This document shows, piece after piece, positions 1-9,733 of a DNA stretch of 64,000 nt. The notes under the pieces are model-generated. The model was not told the origin of the DNA and searched no databases. It worked only from the letters and a program-made list of their open reading frames with translations. Position numbers and translations under genes: made by a program. Each line of letters begins with the position of its first letter. The first letter of the stretch is position 1. This DNA is from a virus, in the IMG/VR virus record IMGVR_UViG_3300028392_000045, positions 1-64,000 of that record; one strand, 5' to 3'.

Positions 1-3000
1 AACTTAGATAAAGTTCTAGCATGTTCAATATGGATTAACTCAGCAATAGCCTTATACATATTACCTCTTACATCTTCTGGTATGACATAACGAGTACCTA
101 TGATATTAGGTGAGTCAGAAAGAATAGGAGTAGGATATACATTTTGCTGTTCCCACATATGGTACATAGTCTCCATAAACATAGGTTCAGTAAAATGGTC
201 ATAAGTAAAACCATTTCCTGATTTGTCTTTGTATCCACCATACATTACAAACTTAAAATCTCTTTTTCCTGGTTTACTTCTAAATATAGGTAACTTAGAT
301 AAAACAGCATCTTTAGAAAATAATGTCTTTTTAGTATTTTCAAAATCTCTATTTAGTCTAGTCATCAATTTACCAAAGTAGGAACCATTGATAATCTCAT
401 ATATCTTTTTACCTTCTACACTCAAATGACTATCTAAGAAAGTATTAGAGATTTGATTTTCTAAAGCTTTAAAGACCTGATCTCCTTTTTTATTCTGAAT
501 ATCTTTTACTAGATTTTCTACTAGAAGTTTATCAGATAGATCAAGCCCTTCAATACCAATCTGAGATAAGTAGTTGACTAGATCACCTTTATAAGGAACA
601 TTGTTTACTAGATTCTTAATACGTTGTTTAACACTATTTTTATTTTCTTCAGTAGCTTCTACACCAGATAATCCAGCGGCATTTACCATCCAATACTCAG
701 GATGATTTTTATCACCTAATGCTTTGAATAGTTCTGTATAAACTGCTTCGGTATTGGCATATTTAGTTTTGATATAAGCCATAAAGCTTTTAAAAAAAGG
801 ATCTATACGAGATTCCATCTTTGCTTTCATATCTTCTACATCAATAGAATCTGTAATAACAGAAGCTAGTCTTGAGTAGGTCTCATAGCCATTGTAGGTA
901 AGATTAAATCCTAAACCTAAAGAATCAGGTACATCAGTTTCTATAGAATAAATAAGCTGTTTAATCCGCTTACTTAGTTTTTCCATAGGAGATCTAAGTG
1001 AAGCTTTTTCTTGCCAACCTTCTTTAGTAGATTCTTCCTCTATATCTATAGTATCATCTTCATTAATATCTGTTTCTACATCAGGATTAAGTGAAGCAGT
1101 ATCTCTTTCTAATATAATCTTATAACCTCTTTTACCTAGATCTTTTAGTAAACTAGCATACAATACTCCTTTAGTAGGTTTATCAGTATAACTTACTTCT
1201 ACATTTCCTTCGTCACTAACACCTACTTGAAGATCAGGTCGAATATATTTTAATACTTGATTGGCTAATTGTACACCATTATCTGGATTATTAACTAGAA
1301 TATCCAATACAAATTCATACAAAGGACTGCCAAAACCTTCATCAGTAGTAGGTACACCAAATACTAATAATTCATTTTGCTTAATGTCATTATTGATAAG
1401 CTTACTTACATTTTTTCTATCTGATAAATCTAGTAGACTATTTACTTTATTCAAGTATACATTTACTAGATATTGTTGCTGTTTTCTAGTTAAACCAGAT
1501 ACAGAAAACATTCTAGGAAGTGTTACAGGCTTAAAGTTTTTGTAGTAACCATTATCTATTCTTTGAAATATATCTTCTAAAGTAGCCTGATAACCTACTA
1601 GATCATTAATAAATGCAAGTATATTCTCAAATACTCTACGTAAAAAAGAATTAGATTCTTGGTGAGTAGCTTTGTACTCCATAAATCTATCAGCTCTTTC
1701 TTCTTCTGTACCTATCTTAGAAATATACTTTCTTTGGAATGCAGGTAAGATAGCTTCTATAATGTGCCAAGCTTCATGATAATCTACGCCTTCTGGTGCT
1801 AACTTAGATAGTGTAACAGCAGAATTATGCACCATACCATAAGCTTCTACATTACCTACTTTAATTAATCCATCAAGAATTTCTACAGTATACTTATTAG
1901 GCAATACTCTTTTTAAATAAGCTATAGCTCTATTAGGACTAAGTTTTTTAGCAGACTCTCTTGACTTGTCTACTTTCATAAACTTAGGTGTATCTCTCTT
2001 TCTAGCAGCTATATTAAGTACTATTTTTTCAGTAGGTATTTCTTCTTTAATTTCTTGTTGTAATACAGGTTCATCTATATAATCCTCACCTGCTGGTACA
2101 GTCATGAAAGGATTAATAAAAGGTTGTACTGCAATATCAGTAGTTAATCTATTCATAATAGATGCTACATAATCAGAGTCTTCTATCTTCTTAAAATCAA
2201 TCTGTACTTTCTTATTTAATAAGTCTCTGGAAGCTATAAACTTATCTACATCAAAAACTCCATCAGTTTGAAATTTCTTAATAAGAATTAGCTTATGATT
2301 AAAGTCAGGTTCTAGTTTACCTTTTACTTTATAACGTACAATTTTTCTTACTCTAGCTAGAATAGCTTTTTCATCTAGTAGTAAAGAAGCTAGTGAAGTT
2401 AATCTAGGATCATCTTTTTTAGCTAGCTCTACTGCTTTGAGTTTATCTTCTTCAGGTAATGCTGCTACTTCTTTAGATGCTTTTACAAATAAGTCAAATT
2501 CAGATTTTAGTTGATCTACTAAATCAGGCATATCACCTAATTTTTGTGTAGTAACATTAATCCAAACCCATCCACCTGTAGGAGATTTCTTACCTATATG
2601 TACAGATCCAGAAATAGTCCTTACTCCTTCTCTAGTTAGTATACTAGAATCATTAGTAATAAAGTCAGAACCATAAGCTTCATTATGCCCTGTATAAATA
2701 CCAATCTTAAAATTATCTTTCTCCTCTTGTGTTAAAGCTTCTACAACAGGTCTATGTGTAGGTACAGTATTATAAAAACCTTTATGGTAGTATTTGATTT
2801 TAGTCTTACCTAGTATTTTAGAACCAGAACCTTGTACCCAAAAGTCAAATGCTTTTTGACGTAATAACTGTAAACTACCTTTATCAGTTTTGTCTTTAAC
2901 CTTACTAGTAGTTTGTAGCTGACCTATATAGATTTTCTTACCATCTCTTTCTACAAACAGTTGAATAGGTACATTATCTGGAGTTACTATATAAGATTTT

Positions 3001-6000
3001 TTAGTAACATTTACTTCAAAGAATACATCATATTGACTAGGATCTCCAATAGTATTAAAGAATTCTTCAGTTGCTTGTACATCTGGAGTCCATTCTAAAA
3101 ATTCAGGAGGATTTACTTCTGGATAACCGTTTTTCTTAATAATTCTTCTGGAAGACCAAGGAGCATACTTATCAGGTTTCTGCATAAAATAAATCTGATT
3201 TTGTAGCATATAGTCTTTATACAGTTCTATAGCTGCAATAGTCTCGTTAGTCTGTTCAAAATCTTCTACTGTATAAGCTACCTCTAAAGGATTCTCATCT
3301 ATAGGCTCTTCTGATTCAGGTACTTGATCTGATAAAATATTCCATTCTATTGTGTCTCCTATTTCAAATTGACTTGATGGAGTATTTACCAGGTTTTGGT
3401 TAGTCAAAAGTTGTTCTATTTCTTTTACAAATTCTGAATTATTATATGCTTTTGTTTCATGATAAATTTCTGCACTTTCTAAATACTCATTACTTTCTAA
3501 TAGACTAGAATATTTATTGTCAAATATCTTTTTAAGTTTTTCAGGTATTGTATCCAATAGTGTATTGTCACCATATAATTTTCCTTGAAAATATTGCATT
3601 ACATAATCTGCAAAGTTTTCCTCTTGTAGTGATGCACCTGTTTCTTTGCCTTTACCACTTTTTTCTTGTGCTTCATAATGTTTTGCCATCCCTGTTTCAA
3701 GTGGCAATGTCCTAACATAATCTCTTTCTTCCTTAGTTAATTTAGTCCATTCGTGATGCCCTAATTCGTGGCTCATTGCATTTGTAACTTGCCTTATATT
3801 TTCAAATGCCGAATTATTATTTAAGTGTATCTTATTATCAGAATAATGGCCAAACATTTCTTCTACTGGTCTATTTTCTCCGTGTATTTTAGTTACCCCT
3901 AACTTATTAAGTACATTTAAGAATTTCTTATTTTCTAATAGTAGTTTAAAATGGTTTGGGTTTAAGTCTAAATCAATTAATGAATTACCTACTTTATAAT
4001 AACCACCTTCCGTATGATGCAAATCGTCCAATTCATAATCTGCTCTTTTTAGTTTTTTATCTCTTGAACTTAACTTACTCCATTCGGCTTTTGCTTTTTT
4101 AAAGTTTGATAAATGCTGTTCGTTACTAACAATACCTAGTTTTTTACCTATGTTTTCTATTAATTCTTTTATTTTTTTCCATAATGTAGGTTCTTTTCTT
4201 GCAATTTTTTCAAATACTTTAGAAGTATCATTTACATTATCTCCTAGTTCCTGTACTTCTCTCGGCAAGGATTGTAAATCCTGGCTGGCAGTAGCATCTA
4301 AAGGTGCTACATCAGTTTGATTATCAGTCGATGTCGTACCCTGACTGGTAGACGAACTTTTTAAGTCGTCTGCAAGGTCTTTAATAAAATTATCTTCATC
4401 CTCATTTGTATAGTCCTCCAGAACATCTGTATACTCTCCACGTTCCTTATTGTATTTATCAAGTACTTGTCTTACAACATCAATAGAATCTTGTACTAGA
4501 TTAGCAAGGATAGGATCTTGAATATCATTTAGGTAATCTTCAAAAGTATCGTAGTTAGCAGCAGGAGGTAAAGTCTCCATAGCTTCTTTAGCTAACTTAT
4601 TAAGTCTATCAAAAGCAGCTTGAGCTAATTCTTTATCTTCTAGTTTAGCAGCCTCACTAAGTTCTTGGTAGTCAGTAGATTTGCTTATATCACTTACAAT
4701 AGCTTGTTTAGCTTCTGCATTAAACTGCTCTTCTCCCTCTGGAGTATTAAGTTTATCAGCAGCTTTATCTAATTTGATAGCTTCAATTTCTAAATCTACT
4801 TTTTGCTTAACTAGATCTTTAGTAGCTTTTGGTACTTTAGGAACTTCAAAATCTCCATCTATTTTAAGCTGTTTAGCATCTGGATCTTTAAGAGTTTTTA
4901 AATACTCTTGACGTAATCCTTCTTCTGTAGCTCCTGTAATGTTAGCTAGTCTTTTAGTAATTTCAGGAGTAAGCTTAGTAGCTGCTTGTCTTTTAATATA
5001 GGCTTGAGTAGCTACATTGATAGGTAGACTATTTCCTTGATATTGTAGAGTAAGTTCTTGATTCTTTGCTAGAAGCTGTTCGTAAGCAGAAGTATCTTCT
5101 CCTGCTTCTTTTGCTTGATCTAAGAAACTTTGATGTAGGTTATTATTAATAAGCTCATGAAACTTAGTAAGCTGCATTTCATGTACTTTAGCAAAATCAC
5201 CTTTACTTTCTGCTTCTTGTACATTAGTATTATACTTAAATAAACTTTTAAGCTTATTAGCAGCTTGTTCAAATTTATCTTTAAGTACACCAGTAAGTCC
5301 AGTAGTTTGTTCTACTACAGCATCTTTAGCTGATTTACCTGCATTTTTAATTACATCTAAAGCAGAGTTTACATTAGCATCAGGTAAATTGTCTACACCA
5401 GTTTCACCTAGTTTACTAGACATTTTTTCTATAGCGGAACCAATCAAACTCATACCACCTCCAGATGCAGCACCTACTACAACTGAACTAAGAAATTCAG
5501 GATCAGAAAAGTATTCAGGAAAGTTTTGTACAACAGCACCTATAGTATTAAGTGCATTAGAATTCTTAGCTGCTTCTTTACCTACACCATATTGATAGCC
5601 TTCTTCAAATCCTTCTGAAGCAGCTACCTTGGCAGATTTATATAAACCAGATTCAGTTATTTTTTGAATTAAGGATTTCTTCTTACCTACTTGTCCTAAA
5701 GCATCAATAGCAGACTGTACGTTTCTACCTTTAAATAGAATATCGTACTCAAACATATCCGCTAACATCAAAGGTAAGTTAGCATAATAAGTATTAGCAG
5801 CTACTTTACCAGCTTCTTTTCTAGCACTTTCTTCAGTATATCCTTCAGCGATAAGAGATTTATAATGACTATCAGCATTACCAGCAGCTTCCATAGTACT
5901 TTCTAATACTCTGGAAATAGCACCTGAAGTAGCACTACGCATATTTAATGCACCACCTAATAGTTTACCTTCTGTAAGAAATTTACCTAGTTTAGGAATT

Positions 6001-6518
6001 TTAGAAAGAAATCCTACAGCAGCTCCAGTAGGAACCATAAGTGTTAAAGTAGATAAAACACTTGGAAGTTGGGCTTCCCAATATCTAGCAGAAAGTGGTT
6101 GGAATGGTTGGTCTGGATTAGTGTAAACGGGAAATTGCTCATTTAAAGCTTCTTTATTTTCCCTCATAGCCTTAGAAAGGAAGTTATCAAATTCTTTTTC
6201 AGCACCTACTAAAGCTTTACCATGTTGCTCAAAATCAAGCAAGTAGCCAAAACCTTCGAGAGTACCCAAACCTACCTCACCTAGAGATTGAACAAGTGCA
6301 TTCCCTAGTGCTTGAGTGTTAGTTTGATTTTGATACCGTAATTGCGCTATGTCATTAGGAGTGTGATACATTGTAACACCTTGATCATACTTCCCTAATT
6401 TTTGACCCGGAAGAACATTAGATCCAGTAAAGCCAGAATTTGGTGTGATACCAGCAATTACATCTAAAGAACTAATTCCATTTGGGTCAGAAGCTTCTTT
6501 AAGTCTTCCTTTACTCAT
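1..6518 (-). CDS. Giant virion cargo/ejection protein (>2170 aa, truncated at the window edge) with two HExxH zincin domains; may continue into a virion RNA polymerase
   Basis: ATG at 6518 (MSKGRLKEASDPNG...). The frame was spot-checked as open at several points down to position 3, and the ORF is missing from the track, consistent with no stop inside the window. Motifs: HELGH..EENFAD (3747-3770) and HEAWH..EEERADRF (1764-1778). Gly/Ala-rich amphipathic N-terminus. It lies downstream of the muzzle gene, as in crAss-like phages. Confidence 0.8.
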   Translation of the reverse strand, partial: MSKGRLKEASDPNGISSLDVIAGITPNSGFTGSNVLPGQKLGKYDQGVTMYHTPNDIAQLRYQNQTNTQALGNALVQSLGEVGLGTLEGFGYLLDFEQHGKALVGAEKEFDNFLSKAMRENKEALNEQFPVYTNPDQPFQPLSARYWEAQLPSVLSTLTLMVPTGAAVGFLSKIPKLGKFLTEGKLLGGALNMRSATSGAISRVLESTMEAAGNADSHYKSLIAEGYTEESARKEAGKVAANTYYANLPLMLADMFEYDILFKGRNVQSAIDALGQVGKKKSLIQKITESGLYKSAKVAASEGFEEGYQYGVGKEAAKNSNALNTIGAVVQNFPEYFSDPEFLSSVVVGAASGGGMSLIGSAIEKMSSKLGETGVDNLPDANVNSALDVIKNAGKSAKDAVVEQTTGLTGVLKDKFEQAANKLKSLFKYNTNVQEAESKGDFAKVHEMQLTKFHELINNNLHQSFLDQAKEAGEDTSAYEQLLAKNQELTLQYQGNSLPINVATQAYIKRQAATKLTPEITKRLANITGATEEGLRQEYLKTLKDPDAKQLKIDGDFEVPKVPKATKDLVKQKVDLEIEAIKLDKAADKLNTPEGEEQFNAEAKQAIVSDISKSTDYQELSEAAKLEDKELAQAAFDRLNKLAKEAMETLPPAANYDTFEDYLNDIQDPILANLVQDSIDVVRQVLDKYNKERGEYTDVLEDYTNEDEDNFIKDLADDLKSSSTSQGTTSTDNQTDVAPLDATASQDLQSLPREVQELGDNVNDTSKVFEKIARKEPTLWKKIKELIENIGKKLGIVSNEQHLSNFKKAKAEWSKLSSRDKKLKRADYELDDLHHTEGGYYKVGNSLIDLDLNPNHFKLLLENKKFLNVLNKLGVTKIHGENRPVEEMFGHYSDNKIHLNNNSAFENIRQVTNAMSHELGHHEWTKLTKEERDYVRTLPLETGMAKHYEAQEKSGKGKETGASLQEENFADYVMQYFQGKLYGDNTLLDTIPEKLKKIFDNKYSSLLESNEYLESAEIYHETKAYNNSEFVKEIEQLLTNQNLVNTPSSQFEIGDTIEWNILSDQVPESEEPIDENPLEVAYTVEDFEQTNETIAAIELYKDYMLQNQIYFMQKPDKYAPWSSRRIIKKNGYPEVNPPEFLEWTPDVQATEEFFNTIGDPSQYDVFFEVNVTKKSYIVTPDNVPIQLFVERDGKKIYIGQLQTTSKVKDKTDKGSLQLLRQKAFDFWVQGSGSKILGKTKIKYYHKGFYNTVPTHRPVVEALTQEEKDNFKIGIYTGHNEAYGSDFITNDSSILTREGVRTISGSVHIGKKSPTGGWVWINVTTQKLGDMPDLVDQLKSEFDLFVKASKEVAALPEEDKLKAVELAKKDDPRLTSLASLLLDEKAILARVRKIVRYKVKGKLEPDFNHKLILIKKFQTDGVFDVDKFIASRDLLNKKVQIDFKKIEDSDYVASIMNRLTTDIAVQPFINPFMTVPAGEDYIDEPVLQQEIKEEIPTEKIVLNIAARKRDTPKFMKVDKSRESAKKLSPNRAIAYLKRVLPNKYTVEILDGLIKVGNVEAYGMVHNSAVTLSKLAPEGVDYHEAWHIIEAILPAFQRKYISKIGTEEERADRFMEYKATHQESNSFLRRVFENILAFINDLVGYQATLEDIFQRIDNGYYKNFKPVTLPRMFSVSGLTRKQQQYLVNVYLNKVNSLLDLSDRKNVSKLINNDIKQNELLVFGVPTTDEGFGSPLYEFVLDILVNNPDNGVQLANQVLKYIRPDLQVGVSDEGNVEVSYTDKPTKGVLYASLLKDLGKRGYKIILERDTASLNPDVETDINEDDTIDIEEESTKEGWQEKASLRSPMEKLSKRIKQLIYSIETDVPDSLGLGFNLTYNGYETYSRLASVITDSIDVEDMKAKMESRIDPFFKSFMAYIKTKYANTEAVYTELFKALGDKNHPEYWMVNAAGLSGVEATEENKNSVKQRIKNLVNNVPYKGDLVNYLSQIGIEGLDLSDKLLVENLVKDIQNKKGDQVFKALENQISNTFLDSHLSVEGKKIYEIINGSYFGKLMTRLNRDFENTKKTLFSKDAVLSKLPIFRSKPGKRDFKFVMYGGYKDKSGNGFTYDHFTEPMFMETMYHMWEQQNVYPTPILSDSPNIIGTRYVIPEDVRGNMYKAIAELIHIEHARTLSK
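4263..4312 (-). repeat. Double-hairpin element copy, in-frame in the cargo gene
   Basis: Minus strand: ATGTA-GCACCTTTAGATGC-TACTG-C-CAGCC-AGGATTTACAATCCT-TGCCG (5-14-5-1-5-15-5). Confidence 0.8.
4325..4372. repeat. Degenerate double-hairpin element copy
   Basis: CAGTC-13nt-GACTG-G-TAGAC-14nt-GTCTG. Confidence 0.55.
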
Positions 6519-6524
6519 TGATTA

Positions 6525-8345
6525 CTATTGTTTTTTAGGAGCGTACTGCTCAAAAGCTGATTGTATATTATCTACATTATATTGAGCAGGATCTAGTTTT
6601 TCTTCTGCTAACGGTTTTCCATCAGCACCTACTTTAGTAGCTTTATAAAATTCTAAATCTACTCCAGTATAATTACCAAATTCATCTTTTTTAAAGATAG
6701 GTTTAGATCGGACTAATTCTGGATTTTTACCTTTAAATTGAATTTTATTCCAACCAGATATTTCTCCTGTTATTCTAGGCTGTAATAATCCTTTTAGTGG
6801 AGCATAGTGTGCTGCCTCTTCGTAGTTTACAGGTTCAACTACTACTTGACGAGCTTTACCATCAGTGTTTAATATAGCCATATAAGAACCAGGAAAAAAT
6901 CCATTTCCAGCTCCAGTAGTTCCATATACAAACAAATTTGATGCTCCTTTTACTTTTTTTACTTCACTAGAATTAACAAGTCTAGGAGCAGCATTGGGAG
7001 ACAATTCAGTCATTTTAAAATTCTTTAAAGCTCCTGCATCTTCTTGATTGTTTCCTACTAAAAAAGCAGTTTTTGATTTTTTTTCTTTATCAGATAACTC
7101 TACAGTATTCATTACCTTATTAGAGGTTTCTAAAAACTGATTATAAAATTTAACTACTTCTTTATTAATTTGTTGAGGAGATTTTCCAGTAGGATCAATT
7201 TGACGTGTTACTTGAGATAATCCTGGATGAGTTCTAAACACCTCTTGATCATTAGGTTTTTTAGAGTCTAGTAACTCATTAAATCCTTTAGTAGTATATA
7301 CTGGTAAATAAGAGTCAGTAGTTTTTGTTTGCGCACCTAAAGCTCCTACACTACCTACTTGGAATGTATTTTTAGTTTCACCTATCTGAACGTTACCATC
7401 TTTTTCTTTGAGTGGTTGTGCTCCAAAAGGACTAAGTCTAAATGCTTCAGTTAATATATGTAAATTTTCAGAAGGATTTTCTAAATCATATTTGTATTTA
7501 GTATTCTTTAAAGTATTCATTAGATCATAATCCTTATTACTATGCCAAGATACTTTGTCAGAATTAAAAGCATATTTATCAGCCGCATAATCAATAGCAG
7601 ATGTAATTCTACCTTGTGCTGCTTTATCTCCATACATTTCTTTCAACTGATTTACATAAGGAGCTAGTTCTGGATTATTAGGAAAAGCTTGGTAAAGAGA
7701 ATTTAGTATTTCATTCTTATCTACACTTTTACCAGAGATTTGCTCTATGTATTGACCATTAGCTGTCTTACGATAACCTTTAGAAAACTCTGTTTCTGCC
7801 CAACCTTTTACTAGACCATCAAAATAGTTATTTAAATCTACATCTTTAGCAGGAACATAACCTTGAAAAGTTTGCTTCTGACCATTATTACCATAAGTAG
7901 TAAAATCCTGTAAGGACTTTCTAACACTAAAATCTCTAGTATCTTTATTGATGTCTTTATTTTTAGACAGTTCGGTCATGTAATCATTAGCTCTTTTGTA
8001 GTTATCCTCAAAAGAATGAAATACTCCTCCAGGCTGTTTAGCTTCATATAAGAAACTATCTGCTTGCTTGAGTAGATTAATACCATCTGATACATTACCT
8101 TGCTTAAAAGCCTCTACAGCCTTATTCTTGTATTGCTCTAATGGTTTAATGTAGAGATCATTTACTTGTTGTTGATCATTATCTATATGTAAAGGTCTAG
8201 GTACTTTAGATAAAGCATCGTAACTAGTCTGCAAATAAGAAGACATTTTATCTACAACAGATAAGTCAGGTAAAATCTCTTGTGGATTATACTTATAGAT
8301 AGTAGGATCTAATTGAGCAAAATGCTGTCTGTACCTATTGATCAT
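6525..8345 (-). CDS. Putative virion cargo/ejection protein
   Basis: 606-aa ORF between the muzzle gene and the giant cargo gene; assigned by synteny with crAss-like phages. Confidence 0.55.
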   Translation of the reverse strand: MINRYRQHFAQLDPTIYKYNPQEILPDLSVVDKMSSYLQTSYDALSKVPRPLHIDNDQQQVNDLYIKPLEQYKNKAVEAFKQGNVSDGINLLKQADSFLYEAKQPGGVFHSFEDNYKRANDYMTELSKNKDINKDTRDFSVRKSLQDFTTYGNNGQKQTFQGYVPAKDVDLNNYFDGLVKGWAETEFSKGYRKTANGQYIEQISGKSVDKNEILNSLYQAFPNNPELAPYVNQLKEMYGDKAAQGRITSAIDYAADKYAFNSDKVSWHSNKDYDLMNTLKNTKYKYDLENPSENLHILTEAFRLSPFGAQPLKEKDGNVQIGETKNTFQVGSVGALGAQTKTTDSYLPVYTTKGFNELLDSKKPNDQEVFRTHPGLSQVTRQIDPTGKSPQQINKEVVKFYNQFLETSNKVMNTVELSDKEKKSKTAFLVGNNQEDAGALKNFKMTELSPNAAPRLVNSSEVKKVKGASNLFVYGTTGAGNGFFPGSYMAILNTDGKARQVVVEPVNYEEAAHYAPLKGLLQPRITGEISGWNKIQFKGKNPELVRSKPIFKKDEFGNYTGVDLEFYKATKVGADGKPLAEEKLDPAQYNVDNIQSAFEQYAPKKQ

Positions 8346-9685
8346 TAGATTTTAAATTTAATAGCAGATGTAGGATTATTACTTCCTAATAGCTTTTCAT
8401 CAATCTGGAAATTAGAATTTTTAGTATTAATAAGAGCTAACTCAGCAAAGAATTTTCTTTTCTGCTCTACATTCATTTGCTTAGTAGCCTCTTTCAAGTA
8501 ATTCTGCTTTTCAAGCTCAGTACCTAGATTATTAATATTTTCTAGGAATGAAGCTTTAGCATCTTGACTCATTGCTCTATTCTGAGAATTAGCATTTTGA
8601 GTTCTAATTAATTCTTGTGCATTACCCTGTGCTATGTTATCAGCTCTTTGACCTCTAGCCATAGCTATCTGATCATTATATTGTTTCTGCTGTAACTGAC
8701 TCAATGCTTGATTTTTACCAGCAGCAGACTGAATAGCATTTATTCTTGAGAACAATTGACCATAATTACCTACTGACTCTCTAGCTACATTAGAAGCTGA
8801 ATCAGCAGCCATTTGATTTTCTGCTCTCATAGGTTCGTATGAAGCACCTAGTCCAGCAAAGTCTTTATTCCCTTTACCATAATCAGGTAGTCGAAGTTGT
8901 TCCTTTTCTTGTTTCTGAAAAGCATCAATACCAGTTCCAATATAAGCAGCAGTCTTTAGTAAACTACCTGCATTCATATTAGGTAAACCAGATTTAGTAG
9001 CTGTAACACTAGGTAATACATTTCCTACTGATGGCTTGGTAGCAGTCAAAGAACTTACTCCTTTTGCTTGTAGTCTACCAAAATTATTAAGAGGAGTAGT
9101 AGATAGATTAGGAGCATCTAGTTGATTTGGCATTAACTGAAAAGGCATCTGACCACCATTAGGATATTTCATATTATCTGCATCAGGTTGATTATTAGCC
9201 ATCTCTCTAGCTTCATCATTCTGCTCCATTAGGTCAGCCATCAACTTTTTGTAAGTACCTTTATTAATAGAATCATTTTTGTTACCAAACTTTCTTTCTA
9301 TCATTTTAGATAACTCAGCAAAAGTCTTACCATCTTTATTAGTTAGTCTATCTGAAAAAATGTAAGGAGCTTCACCCGCTTTACCAGTAAGGGCTGTTTC
9401 TCTTTTTTCAATTTCACCAATTTCATTCTGTGCATCAGGATTACCCATCTTATTGATAGCTTGTCCCCCTTGAGCGTGTGTAGGAGCATTATAGATTTTT
9501 AGTTTACCGCCTTTAGCATATTGTCTGAAAGGATTAGAAGTCCTATTAGGAGTTACAATAGGTTTAGGTTGATCTATTAATCCTACTAAAGCAGAAGAGG
9601 CAGTTCCAAGTCCTGGAGCTACCAAATCAAGTGCAGGTAAAAGAGATTTAACTACACCACCAAAATTATATTTAGGTTTTTTCAT
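8345..9685 (-). CDS. Putative virion cargo/ejection protein
   Basis: 446 aa. Gly-rich hydrophobic N-terminus, YAKGG and THAQGG...EIE...YIFSDRL motifs and a Gln/Ala-rich coiled coil, as in crAss-like cargo proteins. Confidence 0.65.
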   Translation of the reverse strand: MKKPKYNFGGVVKSLLPALDLVAPGLGTASSALVGLIDQPKPIVTPNRTSNPFRQYAKGGKLKIYNAPTHAQGGQAINKMGNPDAQNEIGEIEKRETALTGKAGEAPYIFSDRLTNKDGKTFAELSKMIERKFGNKNDSINKGTYKKLMADLMEQNDEAREMANNQPDADNMKYPNGGQMPFQLMPNQLDAPNLSTTPLNNFGRLQAKGVSSLTATKPSVGNVLPSVTATKSGLPNMNAGSLLKTAAYIGTGIDAFQKQEKEQLRLPDYGKGNKDFAGLGASYEPMRAENQMAADSASNVARESVGNYGQLFSRINAIQSAAGKNQALSQLQQKQYNDQIAMARGQRADNIAQGNAQELIRTQNANSQNRAMSQDAKASFLENINNLGTELEKQNYLKEATKQMNVEQKRKFFAELALINTKNSNFQIDEKLLGSNNPTSAIKFKI

Positions 9686-9687
9686 CG

Positions 9688-9732
9688 CATTAAAATTTTC
9701 AATTTTAACTTTCAGATCTAAAGATCCAAAAG
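9688..9732 (-). repeat. Degenerate double-hairpin element filling the intergenic space
   Basis: CTTTT-GGATCTTTAGATCT-GAAAG followed by TT-AAAATTGAAAATTTT. The 15-nt arm is identical to the copy at 13471; the central TGNCA is deleted. Confidence 0.65.
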
Positions 9733-9733
9733 A

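Noticed and set aside
1261-5595. Plus-strand ORFs 1261-1545, 4681-4911 and 5389-5595, and similar antisense ORFs across the structural module and polA
   Set aside because: They are shadow ORFs opposite long, well-supported genes.
1-6518. Definitive virion RNA polymerase call
   Set aside because: I did not find a DxDxD-type catalytic motif in the visible part; it may lie outside the window.
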